From Candidatus Pacearchaeota archaeon (GTDB taxonomy: Archaea; Nanobdellota; Nanobdellia; Pacearchaeales; GW2011-AR1): a DNA stretch of 64,000 bases. A program made the position numbers and the translations under genes. Where the stretch lies: positions 8,876 through 72,875 of the forward strand of contig JAVZZP010000001.1 in assembly GCA_038885615.1 (NCBI GenBank), written 5' to 3'. The notes beneath the pieces were generated by a model. The model was given only the letters and a program-made list of their open reading frames with translations, was not told where the DNA came from and did not search any database. How positions within the stretch are numbered: position 1 is the stretch's first letter; each line of letters opens with the position of its first letter. Below, piece by piece: positions 50,786-60,045 of this stretch.

Positions 50786-51364
50786 ATGGAAATAAAAAAA
50801 GAGTTGAAAAAATTTTGGGATTTTTTAAATGAAGACAGTTGGCAAAGCACGGTTGTTAGTTTAATAATTTTTTTAATTTTAATTTACTTTATAATAATGC
50901 CTTTTTTTAGTTTGGTTTTTGGCACAAAATATTTTTTAGTTATTGTTGAAAGTTGTTCTATGCACCATTCAAAAAATTTAGATGAAATTTTAGAAGAACC
51001 TATCTATAAAGAATATGGTATTCATCAAGAGAACTCATCTGATTGGAGATTAAAAAGAGGTTTTACAAAAGGAGATATAATCTTTTCTATAGCCCCTAGA
51101 AATCTAAAAGTTGGGGATGTCATAATTTTTGATGCGAGTGAAAAAGGTTATAAATATCCGATAATTCACAGAATAATAAAAATAGAAGAAAACAAAATAG
51201 TAACTAAAGGTGACAACAACAAGGGGCTTTTAGAAGTAGAAAAAAATATTTCAAGTGAACAGGTAAAAGCAAAATCTCTTTTTAGAATACCTTACATTGG
51301 ATGGATAAAACTAATTTTTTTTGACTGGAAAAAACCTCCAGAACAGAGAGGATTTTGCAAATAA
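50786..51364 (+). CDS. Signal peptidase I (archaeal/Sec11-type S26)
   Basis: N-terminal TM segment, Ser box VESCSMHH, His box IIHRII, and TKGDNN. Confidence 0.7.
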   Translation: MEIKKELKKFWDFLNEDSWQSTVVSLIIFLILIYFIIMPFFSLVFGTKYFLVIVESCSMHHSKNLDEILEEPIYKEYGIHQENSSDWRLKRGFTKGDIIFSIAPRNLKVGDVIIFDASEKGYKYPIIHRIIKIEENKIVTKGDNNKGLLEVEKNISSEQVKAKSLFRIPYIGWIKLIFFDWKKPPEQRGFCK

Positions 51365-51401
51365 ACAAAAGTTTTAAAAATGCCATTTACGAAAAAGTCA
51401 G

Positions 51402-51710
51402 ATGAAATTTTGTCCTAAATGCGGGGCAATGCTTATACTTAAAAATAAAAATTTTGGTTGCCCTCGATGTAATTATTCAACAAAAGAGAAAGTTGATTTA
51501 AAAGTTAAAGAAAAAATTGAAGAAAAGCAGGCTATTGAAGTTATAAAAGATAAGGATGTTGATATTCTGCCAAAGATAGCTGCTGAATGCAAAAAATGCG
51601 GCAACAAGGAAGCCTATTTCTGGACTTCTCAAACAAGAGGCAGCGATGAAACAGAAACAAGATTTTTTCGTTGCACAAAGTGTGATAACACTTGGAGAGA
51701 GTACAAATAA
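51402..51710 (+). CDS. tfs: Transcription factor S (TFS, RpoM-like)
   Basis: N-terminal ribbon CPKCG..CPRC. C-terminal ribbon CKKCGN...TSQTRGSDETETRFFRCTKC with the acidic loop. Confidence 0.85.
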   Translation: MKFCPKCGAMLILKNKNFGCPRCNYSTKEKVDLKVKEKIEEKQAIEVIKDKDVDILPKIAAECKKCGNKEAYFWTSQTRGSDETETRFFRCTKCDNTWREYK

Positions 51711-51720
51711 TTTTGTTAAA

Positions 51721-51795
51721 TGACCCCGGAGGGATTTGAACCCTCGACACCCGCGTTAAGAGCGCGGTACTCTAACCGGACTGAGCTACGGGGCC
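51721..51795 (-). tRNA. tRNA-Lys (CTT)
   Basis: Acceptor GGCCCCG/CGGGGTC, anticodon arm CCGCG-CTCTTAA-CGCGG, T arm GAGGG-TTCAAAT-CCCTC. Confidence 0.9.
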
Positions 51796-51879
51796 GATAA
51801 TAATTTTTTAAAATCTAAATTTAAAAAACTTCCCATAGTTAAACAAAAAGTTTTTAAATAAAAAAACTTCCTCTTCTTT

Positions 51880-52191
51880 ATGAAAATTCCAAAGACAATA
51901 AAGAGATACTGCCCCTTTTGTAAGAAAGTAACAGAGCAAAAAGTCAAACTTTTAAGCGGCGCCGGTAAAAGAAGCTCTCTAAAAAGAGGAAGCATCGATA
52001 GAGCAAAATTAAGAGGTCTTGGTAGGGGCATAGGCAACAAAGGAAGATGGGGCTCAAAACCTCCGGTCGGACAATGGAAAATGAAGACAAAAACAACTAA
52101 AAAAACAAATCTTCTTTATACTTGTTCAGAATGCAAAAAATCTAAACCTCAAAAAAAAGGAAAAAGGAGTGGGAAAATCGTCGTAGAATAA
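51880..52191 (+). CDS. rpl44e: Ribosomal protein L44e (eL42)
   Basis: MKIPKTIKRYCPFCKKVTEQKV...YTCSECKK. Confidence 0.85.
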   Translation: MKIPKTIKRYCPFCKKVTEQKVKLLSGAGKRSSLKRGSIDRAKLRGLGRGIGNKGRWGSKPPVGQWKMKTKTTKKTNLLYTCSECKKSKPQKKGKRSGKIVVE

Positions 52192-52192
52192 A

Positions 52193-52750
52193 ATGGCATT
52201 AAAGAAAAAATTTAACGAAATAGAATTACCTTTATTTAATGAAGTTTCTTTTTTATTGGGTGAAAAAGAAGACCTAGTAAAAAAAACAATAAAGTTAGAT
52301 GTTTCAAAAAAATTAAAAGGGAAGTCAGCAGAAATAGTTTTTTTTATAAGAGAGCTTGAAGGAAAGTTTATAGGAATACCAAAAAGAATAACTGTTTTTA
52401 AAAATTACATTGTAAGACTAATAAGAAATAAAACCTCTTATGTAGAAGATTCTTTTGAAGTTCAATGCAAAGACGTCGTTGCAAAAATAAAGCCTTTTCT
52501 TGTTACAAGAAAAAAAGTTTCTAGAGCACTAAGAAAAGCACTTAGAGAAAAAATAAAAGAACTTATAATAGAAAAATTTAAAGAAATGACTTTTTATGAG
52601 ATAATCGAGGCCATTATAAGAGAAGATATCCAAAAAGAAATTGCAAAAAAAATAAAAAAAATATATCCTCCTTTGGCATTTGAAATAAGAGAAATTGAAA
52701 CGAAAGAAAAAGAAAAAGTAATTTTTGAAAATAAAAATAAAGGTGAATAA
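52193..52750 (+). CDS. rps3ae: Ribosomal protein S3Ae (eS1)
   Basis: Size and C-terminal IAKKIKKIYPPLAFEIREIE resemble the eS1 KKIYPL..VEIRK signature. Basic composition. Confidence 0.7.
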   Translation: MALKKKFNEIELPLFNEVSFLLGEKEDLVKKTIKLDVSKKLKGKSAEIVFFIRELEGKFIGIPKRITVFKNYIVRLIRNKTSYVEDSFEVQCKDVVAKIKPFLVTRKKVSRALRKALREKIKELIIEKFKEMTFYEIIEAIIREDIQKEIAKKIKKIYPPLAFEIREIETKEKEKVIFENKNKGE

Positions 52751-53296
52751 ATGAGCAGTGTTCAACAATGTCTTGTTTTAATAAAACCTGACGGACTTGT
52801 TAAATCTCTAACAGGAAATATAATTACTTGCTTATCAGAAACAAAGGCTAAAATTGTCGGCGCAAAAATTGTTTCTGTAAAAAGAGAACTTGCAGAAGCC
52901 CACTACTCCGAATTAAAGCAAAGATTAACAGAAAAATTTGGAGAGAAAAAAGGTGAAGAAGTGTTTGAAAGCGTTCTTAAGTATATTCAAGGTCACTACC
53001 ATACAAACAGAGTGATGGCTTTAGTTTATGAAGGAGAAAACTGTATAGAAAAAATAAGAAAGTTGGCTGGCCATACAAATCCTGAAGAAGCAGACCCAAC
53101 AACAATAAGGGGCAAGTACGGAAGAATAAATAGCAAAACAAATATTTTTGAAAATGTTGTACATGTCTCTGATTCTGAAGAAAACGCGAAAAAGGAAATA
53201 CAACTTTGGTTTGAACCAGAAGAATTAACAAATTTAATCTATCCTACCAAAAAAGAAAAAGTTTGCATGGAAAAAATTGTTTGGGCAAACGATTAA
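52751..53296 (+). CDS. ndk: Nucleoside diphosphate kinase (with internal insertion)
   Basis: LVLIKPDGL, TIRGKYG, and NVVHVSDSEENAKKEIQLWF (active-site His). Confidence 0.85.
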   Translation: MSSVQQCLVLIKPDGLVKSLTGNIITCLSETKAKIVGAKIVSVKRELAEAHYSELKQRLTEKFGEKKGEEVFESVLKYIQGHYHTNRVMALVYEGENCIEKIRKLAGHTNPEEADPTTIRGKYGRINSKTNIFENVVHVSDSEENAKKEIQLWFEPEELTNLIYPTKKEKVCMEKIVWAND

Positions 53297-53327
53297 TTTA
53301 AAAATATTCTTTAATTAAATTTTTTGT

Positions 53328-53400
53328 GCCTGCATAGCTCAGTTGGTAGAGCAACTGCCTTGTAAGCAGTAGGTCGGGGGTTCGACTCCCTCTGCAGGCT
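53328..53400 (+). tRNA. tRNA-Thr (TGT)
   Basis: Acceptor GCCTGCA/TGCAGGC, anticodon arm ACTGC-CTTGTAA-GCAGT, T arm GGGGG-TTCGACT-CCCTC, discriminator T. Confidence 0.9.
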
Positions 53401-53405
53401 TTTAT

Positions 53406-55130
53406 TTACATACCCCAAGCAGGATTTTTCTTTCTTTTTATTACTGCAATTTCCTGTAAAACTTTCTTTTCTTCTTCTGTTAGGAGATGCTTATTTTCCT
53501 TAAATTCCCTAAATTGGTTTTCAGACAAATTTGAGTAAAGAAATTCATCAACCCTTAATTGTCTCTCAAAATTTAAGCCAGGAACACAAATAGCAACTTC
53601 TTTCCCACTTTCAGCTTCTTCGAGATTATTCTTATCAGATTGAATTGTTTTAACTCTTCCAATTTTTTCTTCTGAATAATTTATTAGCTCTGATTCTTTT
53701 TTTAATTTTCCAAGTTCTACTCTAACTCCAAAAATAGCAGGATTAGAGTTCCTAAATACAAAATTTAAAACCTTTAACTTGCAAACAGATGGCAAAATTT
53801 CTAGTTTTTTTCTTTCCTCTTCCTCTTTTTTCTTTAAACGATAATTTTTAACCTCGTCAATAATTTTGTATACTACATCCCCAAGAATTATAGCTATATC
53901 TTTTGTCTCCTCAACTTCTTTGTTTTTTTGAACATTAAATCCCAAAATTATTCTATTTTCATCTTCTAAGGATTTAGCAAAAAAAATATCCCTTTTAGTT
54001 ATTTCCCCTATGGAAGCTTTTTTTACTTTTATTCCTTCAAGCCGAAGTAAATTTAAAATTGCCTCTAAACTACCTAATGAGTCTGCTTTTACAATAATTC
54101 CTGCTTCGTCAGTTTTTATTTCCTCGGATATTTCTTTACCTAACTCTTCTTTTACATCTTCAAAATCATCTGAAAAAACAATAAAAGGCATTCCAGGGTA
54201 GATTTCTTCCTCACTAGAATTAACTAATATTTTTACTCCGCTGGCAGCAAGAACTTTTTTTACGCTTTTATAACCCCTATTTAAAGGCAAAGCCTCCTGC
54301 AAACTTCTAACTTTTGTTTTAATAACATTATTGAAAGAAGCAATAGCGATTTCATCTCCTTCCTTAAGTTCACCATCAAAAACAACGCTCTCTAAGAAAT
54401 TTACTCCTTGTTCTTTTTTTATCTCTAAAATAATTCCTTTTCCTTTTTCGCCAACAGAAAGCCTATTTTTTAAAAATTTTTGGGAGAGAGCACAAAGCAG
54501 AGTAAGCAATTCTTCAATGCCTTCGCCAGTTCTAGCAGAACAAGGAACAATTGCAAAACTTTTAGTAAAATCAACTATCTTAAAATATAACTCTGAATTT
54601 ATTTTATGGCTTTGCAAACTTCCAATAAGAGTAAATAATTTCTCATCAAAATCCTGTCTTACTGAAATTGCTTGTTTATCATAAGAATCAATAAATCTTT
54701 TACTCTCGGAAGATTTCCAACCAGAAATATTGTCTATTTTGTTTAATGCGATAACAAAAGGTGTCTTATTTAGTTTAAGAATTTGCAAAACTTCTATTGT
54801 TTGCGGTTTTATTCCTTCGTTTATGTCTATTACTAATACTGCTAGGTCGGCTAAGCTCCCTCCCCTCTTTCTTAAATTTGTAAAAGCTGCATGCCCTGGG
54901 GTGTCAATAAACAAAAAACCAGGAATCTCTATTGGGATCTTAAATTTTTCTAATAGATCTCCGCAAACATCTCTTATTTTCTCAGACGGCAAAATGCTAA
55001 AAGATATTTTCTGAGTTATTCCTCCTGCTTCTCCTTCTTGCAGTCTTGTACCTCGCAACCTGTCTAATATTGAGGTTTTCCCATGATCAACATGCCCGCA
55101 AACAGTAACAATAGGTTGTCTTATTTTCAT
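53406..55130 (-). CDS. infB: Translation initiation factor aIF5B (IF2-type GTPase)
   Basis: IRQPIVTVCGHVDHGKTSILD, DTPGH, NKID; 574 aa. Confidence 0.9.
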   Translation of the reverse strand: MKIRQPIVTVCGHVDHGKTSILDRLRGTRLQEGEAGGITQKISFSILPSEKIRDVCGDLLEKFKIPIEIPGFLFIDTPGHAAFTNLRKRGGSLADLAVLVIDINEGIKPQTIEVLQILKLNKTPFVIALNKIDNISGWKSSESKRFIDSYDKQAISVRQDFDEKLFTLIGSLQSHKINSELYFKIVDFTKSFAIVPCSARTGEGIEELLTLLCALSQKFLKNRLSVGEKGKGIILEIKKEQGVNFLESVVFDGELKEGDEIAIASFNNVIKTKVRSLQEALPLNRGYKSVKKVLAASGVKILVNSSEEEIYPGMPFIVFSDDFEDVKEELGKEISEEIKTDEAGIIVKADSLGSLEAILNLLRLEGIKVKKASIGEITKRDIFFAKSLEDENRIILGFNVQKNKEVEETKDIAIILGDVVYKIIDEVKNYRLKKKEEEERKKLEILPSVCKLKVLNFVFRNSNPAIFGVRVELGKLKKESELINYSEEKIGRVKTIQSDKNNLEEAESGKEVAICVPGLNFERQLRVDEFLYSNLSENQFREFKENKHLLTEEEKKVLQEIAVIKRKKNPAWGM

Positions 55131-55136
55131 TTTGAA

Positions 55137-55217
55137 CGCCCCCGCCAGGAATCGAACCTGGGAGCCCCGAAGGGCCTGGATCTCAAGTCCAGTGCAATAC
55201 CACTATGCGACGGAGGC
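55137..55217 (-). tRNA. tRNA-Ser (TGA)
   Basis: Acceptor GCCTCCG/CGGGGGC, anticodon arm CTGGA-CTTGAGA-TCCAG, long variable arm GCCCTTCGGGGC, T arm CCAGG-TTCGATT-CCTGG. Confidence 0.9.
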
Positions 55218-55243
55218 CTAAAAAAATATGTTAAAAAAGCTTT

Positions 55244-56725
55244 TTAAGCTTGTCTAAAAACTATTGGCTCAAACTCTTTAAAATATTTAATGCCATCTTC
55301 TAATTTTATTGGGCTCTCTGCATACAAAGTAATTATTTTTTCATTTTTTTCAACAAAACCCTCTTTTTTATGCAAATAAACTCCGGCTGTTTTTGTTTCC
55401 GGAGCACCTAAAATCCTGCAAAGAAGATTTATTTTCTTATTGTCTATGGATTTTATTTTCCCTTCTGAATTAGCTATAATGTCTTTTTTATATTTAGCAT
55501 ATTTTAGTCTTTTTATTCTTGAATCAAAATCACTTTTCCCATTTTGAGCATTTATTATTTCTTTAAATTTTTCATAAGCTTTACCGCTTTCAAGAATTTC
55601 TCTAGCTTTTTGCTTTGCATTTTTTATACCACACAAATCCATAAGCTCCGAAGAAATATATAGGGCTTTGTTTTTTAAATCATCTGGCCCGTCACCTCTT
55701 AAAACTTTTATTATGTCAAATATCTCCAAAACAGGACCTATGCCGTTTCCTATGGGTTTTCTCCCATCTGTATAAACGACTCTTAATTTTACATTAAAAT
55801 AATTTGCTACCTTAGCAAACCTTTTACCAAGTTCTTCTGCACTTTCCCTTGTAGAAAATTTTCCTCCGCCATAGGGTATATCTATTATAATGTGATTTGA
55901 ACCTGCGGCAATTTTTTTTGACATTATTGAAGCTATTAACTGAGGTTCTACATCTAAATTAAGCATTCTTTCCACATGAATTATTTTATCATCGGAAGGA
56001 GACAAGTTCAAAGCTCCGTTCCAAACTAAACAGCCACCGACCTTCTCAACAATTTTTGTTATTTCCTCTTTAGTAAAATCAACCTTAGCTATTGCTTCTA
56101 TTGTATCTGCTGTCCCTGCAGCACTAGTTATTGCTCTTGAAGAGGTTTTAGGAAAAATCAAACCTGCTGCAGCACAAATAGAAACCACTAAAGGAGTTGT
56201 TCTGTTGCCAGCAATTCCTCCTATGCAATGCTTATCAGCAACTATCTTTGTATTCCAACTTAATCTTCTTCCGTTATCTATCATTGCTTTTGTTAAGCCA
56301 ATTATTTCACCTATTGACATTCCTTTCATTTTCTCAGCAGCAATGAAAAAAGCAATTTCTGCCTCGGTAAGGTTATTGTTTGAAATTTCTTTTATTATTA
56401 ACCTAAGTTCTTCATTTGTGAGAGTTTCGCCTGACATCTTTCTCTTAATTAGTTGACCTGCATTAGTACTATCTGCAGGAAAAACATCTACCAACAAATC
56501 TTTTTTAAAGTTAAAAAAAGAAAATGCTTCATAAGAAAAACCTATTTCATCATCTTTTGTTATGTCTGAAAAAATATCTACTACTGCATAAAACTTCTTT
56601 TTGTTATGGGAAATAAGAACTCTTTCATTAACATGGACATTTAACCTTCTCGCTGCTAATGGCGATAAAATTACAACCGGCCTTCCTGCAAACCAAGAAA
56701 GTTTTTTTGTTCTTAGCTTCATCAC
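55244..56725 (-). CDS. deoA: AMP phosphorylase (archaeal thymidine phosphorylase family, DeoA)
   Basis: About 490 aa with an extra N-terminal domain (FAGRPVVILSPLAARRLNV). DKHCIGGIAGNRTT and TSRAITSAAGTAD motifs. Confidence 0.75.
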   Translation of the reverse strand: MMKLRTKKLSWFAGRPVVILSPLAARRLNVHVNERVLISHNKKKFYAVVDIFSDITKDDEIGFSYEAFSFFNFKKDLLVDVFPADSTNAGQLIKRKMSGETLTNEELRLIIKEISNNNLTEAEIAFFIAAEKMKGMSIGEIIGLTKAMIDNGRRLSWNTKIVADKHCIGGIAGNRTTPLVVSICAAAGLIFPKTSSRAITSAAGTADTIEAIAKVDFTKEEITKIVEKVGGCLVWNGALNLSPSDDKIIHVERMLNLDVEPQLIASIMSKKIAAGSNHIIIDIPYGGGKFSTRESAEELGKRFAKVANYFNVKLRVVYTDGRKPIGNGIGPVLEIFDIIKVLRGDGPDDLKNKALYISSELMDLCGIKNAKQKAREILESGKAYEKFKEIINAQNGKSDFDSRIKRLKYAKYKKDIIANSEGKIKSIDNKKINLLCRILGAPETKTAGVYLHKKEGFVEKNEKIITLYAESPIKLEDGIKYFKEFEPIVFRQA

Positions 56726-57750
56726 TCTTTTAAGATTTCATTAAATCTTCCCTCTTTATAAAAGTTTATTATTAAAATAAGATAAGCTATGATTAAAGGG
56801 CCGATAATTAGTCCAACTATTCCAAAAGCATAAACTCCGCCAACCATCCCCAAAAAACTTAAAGGAATGCTCAAAACAGTTCTCTCAGATAAAATATATG
56901 GTCTTAAAAATCCATCAACAAACCAACCAACAACTAACCCATAAACAACAAGTATTAATGCTAGAATAAACTGGCTCCTGGTCAGAAGAATTAAAGAAAC
57001 AGGTATCCAAACAAGACTTGGTCCTACCATCGGAAGTATTCCTGCAACTACACCAACACTAGTAAAAAATAAAGTACTTTCAAAGCGAATTATGAACAAA
57101 AATAAACCCATAAGAAGGCCTTGAACAATACCTAAAAGAATTTGTCCATAAACAATGCTACTAGTTATGCTCTTAAATTCCCTAGCAAATTTTTCCGCTG
57201 CATCTTTTTTAAGAGGAATTAAGCCAATTATTTCCTCTGATATCTCATCTAAATTCTGTATAGCATAATAAAACAAAAAAAGAAAAATAACAAAACCTAT
57301 AAAAGCAAGATAAAGACGATTATACAGAAAATTTTCAAATGATTTATTTAGGTTCTCAAATAATCTATCTAAAAAATTATGAAATTGAGAATCAACAATT
57401 GTTAATGTTTCTTTAGAAAATCTACCTGGGAAAAAACCATCTATGCTCTCCGAAAGATCAATGCTGTTGGAACTCGCATAAAGATTTTTAATTTCTCTTG
57501 CTAAGGGAGGTGCTAAAAAAAACACTGGCAAAAAAATGACAATTAAAACTAAAAAGGTAACAACGACAGAAGAAAATTTCTTTGAATGAGTTTTATTAAA
57601 AAGATAAAGATAAACTGGATAAAAAGCGTATGCCATTAAAAAAGAGAGAAAAAGAATAGTGAGCATGCTTCTTAAAATAAAAAAAGACAGAAAAAAAATT
57701 ATTATGGTTAAGGAAATCAATATTGTCTTATCTACTATTTTCTTCTCCAT
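56722..57750 (-). CDS. AI-2E family (PerM/UPF0118) transporter
   Basis: Eight or so TM segments. GQILLGIVQG and SLVWIPV...GFLRP patterns. ATGA overlap with deoA. Confidence 0.7.
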   Translation of the reverse strand: MEKKIVDKTILISLTIIIFFLSFFILRSMLTILFLSFLMAYAFYPVYLYLFNKTHSKKFSSVVVTFLVLIVIFLPVFFLAPPLAREIKNLYASSNSIDLSESIDGFFPGRFSKETLTIVDSQFHNFLDRLFENLNKSFENFLYNRLYLAFIGFVIFLFLFYYAIQNLDEISEEIIGLIPLKKDAAEKFAREFKSITSSIVYGQILLGIVQGLLMGLFLFIIRFESTLFFTSVGVVAGILPMVGPSLVWIPVSLILLTRSQFILALILVVYGLVVGWFVDGFLRPYILSERTVLSIPLSFLGMVGGVYAFGIVGLIIGPLIIAYLILIINFYKEGRFNEILKE

Positions 57751-57828
57751 GGTATAATTTTAAGATAATATCTTTTTAAAGTTGTCGGGTAGCATAAAAT
57801 TTTTAAATAAAAAATTTTTTCAAATTTA

Positions 57829-58536
57829 ATGATAATAAAAAAGATATTTGAAGGAAATTTTGACAACGACGTACATTTAGACTTTTTGAAATATAGCAAA
57901 GGCATTTTTAATAAAAAGTATTTATTGGAAGTAAAAAACAGCAAGAAAGGTCTCCAAATAAAAACTGGTCCGGAGTTTGCGAATTACTTTGTAAAAAAGG
58001 GGTTAGAATTAGCAAATTCTTCTAAGGTAGATCTTAAAGGAATAATAGTATCAACTTTAGACATTAATATACCTTTCTCTAAAGAAAAAAAACAATTTAT
58101 GGGAATAAAGCAATACAAGGTAAATGGAAACTTTAATTCTAATGAAGTTCTAGAATTTATTAAGCAAAATCCTAAGATATTTTTCGCGTTGAGTTTCTCT
58201 TTGCCTAACTACGAACTTAAAATAAAACCGAAAATGCCAAAATCTCCTAAGCCTTCAAACAAAGTAGAAGATGAAGATGAAATCTCTCCAAATTTTTGCT
58301 CATTAAAAACAAATTTAAGAGAAGTTATTGAAGAAATGCTCTTTGAAGTAAAAGAAGAATTTCAGCATGTTTCTGTAGAGCATATCATTCAAGTTGATGA
58401 AATAATATATCCTGAAGGTTATCAAAAGATGAAACCGGAAGAAATAAGAGAAAAATCTAAAAGAAAAGGGAAAATAATCAGGAAATTGATTATAGATGGT
58501 AAAGAAAAAGTTAGTGAGGCAAGTTTTGTTGTATAA
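57829..58536 (+). CDS. Hypothetical 235-aa protein
   Basis: ORF track. No family recognised. Confidence 0.45.
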   Translation: MIIKKIFEGNFDNDVHLDFLKYSKGIFNKKYLLEVKNSKKGLQIKTGPEFANYFVKKGLELANSSKVDLKGIIVSTLDINIPFSKEKKQFMGIKQYKVNGNFNSNEVLEFIKQNPKIFFALSFSLPNYELKIKPKMPKSPKPSNKVEDEDEISPNFCSLKTNLREVIEEMLFEVKEEFQHVSVEHIIQVDEIIYPEGYQKMKPEEIREKSKRKGKIIRKLIIDGKEKVSEASFVV

Positions 58537-58553
58537 TTTTTCTTCCTAAAAAA

Positions 58554-58721
58554 CGCTCCCTCCGGGATTCGAACCCGGGTTACCACCGTTCTCTGCATCA
58601 CCTCGAGAAGAAAATTTTCTTCCAGAGAAGCAGCTTCCTTTTCGGATGAAAGCTTTTGTCTCATCGACTCTGCCCTCACTGCTTGAGAGGGTGGTGTCCT
58701 TGGCCTCTAGACTAAGGGAGC
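58554..58721 (-). tRNA. tRNA-Glu (CTC) with a 95-nt intron at the canonical 37/38 position
   Basis: Exons: GCTCCCT-TA-GTCT-AGAGGCCAA-GGAC-A-CCACC-CTCTCA / C-GGTGG-TAAC-CCGGG-TTCGAAT-CCCGG-AGGGAGC-G. BHB motif: central helix CTCT/AGAG, bulges CAA and AAC, outer helix GCA/TGC. Confidence 0.75.
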
Positions 58722-58901
58722 TATTTTCTTTAATATAAAAATATTTTTAAATTTTATTAAATTGAAAATTTTTTAAAAATGTAAGATAAAAAATTAAAAA
58801 TTATAGATTTATTTGGTGTTAGTACTTCTATTGGTTCAAGGTTAATAAGTTATACTTTCAATAGTTTCAACTTTCTTAGGTTGTAAAATATTAAAAAGAG
58901 A

Positions 58902-59228
58902 TTAACTTAACTCCAAAATTGCTTCAGCAATGTCTCCTTTTGTTTTTTCCAAGGCATTGATAACTTTTTCTCTTGGCTTGCCTGTCTTTTCCATAACAAT
59001 TTTTATGTCTTCTTCAGAAAAAGCTTTTCCCTCTTCTTCACTTATATCTCCAGAAATCTGAAAACTTACATTCCCAGACATTTTTATTTTAACTACGGAA
59101 GGATTGTTTATAACAATACTTTTATCCTGACACTCTATAATAACTCTGCTGGCATCTATCTCTTCTTGGGCAATGCCCATTTTTTTCATTAAACCTTCAA
59201 CTTGTTTTGGGTTGAAATTGCCAAACAT
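58902..59228 (-). CDS. nac: Nascent polypeptide-associated complex protein (NAC)
   Basis: NAC beta-barrel segment VIIECQDKSIVINNPSVVKIKMSG plus a C-terminal UBA-like KTKGDIAEAILEL. Confidence 0.85.
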   Translation of the reverse strand: MFGNFNPKQVEGLMKKMGIAQEEIDASRVIIECQDKSIVINNPSVVKIKMSGNVSFQISGDISEEEGKAFSEEDIKIVMEKTGKPREKVINALEKTKGDIAEAILELS

Positions 59229-59229
59229 T

Positions 59230-59379
59230 TTATTTTAGAAAGTTTAGTATAAGATAAAAAACAACAAGAAAAACTATGAATCCAACTACTAAGCCAGGAC
59301 TTAATTGAATTTTTGAATCATACTCTTCCCTGTATCTTGTTAATCCCCCATAAGAAGGTAGAAAAATGTTATCTGCCAT
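59230..59379 (-). CDS. secG: Preprotein translocase subunit Sec61 beta (SecG, archaeal)
   Basis: Own translation: MADNIFLPSYGGLTRYREEYDSKIQLSPGLVVGFIVFLVVFYLILNFLK. GL.RY motif plus a single C-terminal TM, as in M. jannaschii Sec-beta. Confidence 0.65.
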   Translation of the reverse strand: MADNIFLPSYGGLTRYREEYDSKIQLSPGLVVGFIVFLVVFYLILNFLK

Positions 59380-59486
59380 ATAAAAATAACAAAAAAAGGG
59401 TTTTTAAACTTTCTCACAAAAATTAGTTGTCTGAAATATTATCAATAAATCTTAAAATAAAATTCTTTTTTTCTTTATTTGTTTTT

Positions 59487-59921
59487 TTATCCCTTAAGAT
59501 ATGTAATTTGTTTTCTCAGAGAAAGAAGTTCTTTTTTCCTTTCTTGCTCAATTTCTTCAATTTTTCTTCTAAAATTTTCATGAAAAGAGTTTATTTTATT
59601 CTCTATTTCAAAAAATTCCCCTCTAAAAGATTTCTTAGCTATTTGCAAATCAGAATAAAGGTTGTTTAGTGACCTAACAAAATAATTTTTTTGTTTTGAG
59701 AAGTTAAGGTCTATTTTTTTGTTAAATAAACTAAAAAGAGTTTTTTCAAGATCTTCTTTTATTCTAGCTTTATTCAGCTTTTTTTCAAAATAAAAAATTC
59801 TATCTTGAGATATTTTTATTTTTTCCTCAAATTTTCTTAATTCCCTGTCTAATGATTTTTGAAGATTAATTAATTGTTCTGAAAAACCTTCGTTCTTTAA
59901 TTTTTCTCTAATAAAATTCAA
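59487..59921 (-). CDS. Hypothetical coiled-coil protein
   Basis: ORF track. K/E/L-rich heptad-like sequence. Confidence 0.4.
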   Translation of the reverse strand: MNFIREKLKNEGFSEQLINLQKSLDRELRKFEEKIKISQDRIFYFEKKLNKARIKEDLEKTLFSLFNKKIDLNFSKQKNYFVRSLNNLYSDLQIAKKSFRGEFFEIENKINSFHENFRRKIEEIEQERKKELLSLRKQITYLKG

Positions 59922-60045
59922 AGAGTTTAATATCGCTAAATTGTCTTTCTTAATTAAACTAAAAGAGTTTTTTAGCTTATTTTTATTTCTTCAACTTTTT
60001 TATTTAGAATTCTTTCAACTATTCTTTCTAAATATTCTTTAGTAG

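Noticed and set aside
51541-52040. ORFs 51541..51750 (-) and 51786..52040 (-).
   Set aside because: They overlap tfs, tRNA-Lys and rpl44e, all of which have clear signatures.
32310-55217. About 45 nt of near-identical sequence shared by the regions 32310..32355 and 55137..55182, considered as a dispersed repeat or att site.
   Set aside because: It is simply the conserved T arm plus variable arm of two tRNA-Ser isoacceptors (GGA and TGA).
58422-58679. 85-aa minus-strand ORF.
   Set aside because: It is made of the intron and 3' exon of the tRNA-Glu gene plus the antisense of the preceding CDS end. It is not coding.
58590-58680. The tRNA-Glu intron as a bona fide C/D box sRNA.
   Set aside because: Only imperfect C-like boxes (GATGAGA, GTGATGC) are present and there is no clean CTGA D box. 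It is kept only as a hypothesis inside the intron finding.
58722-58901. A 180-bp extremely AT-rich gap, considered as a replication origin.
   Set aside because: No origin-recognition-box-like inverted repeats were visible and no orc1/cdc6 gene is nearby. It more likely holds the promoter regions of the tRNA-Glu gene and the terminator of nac.
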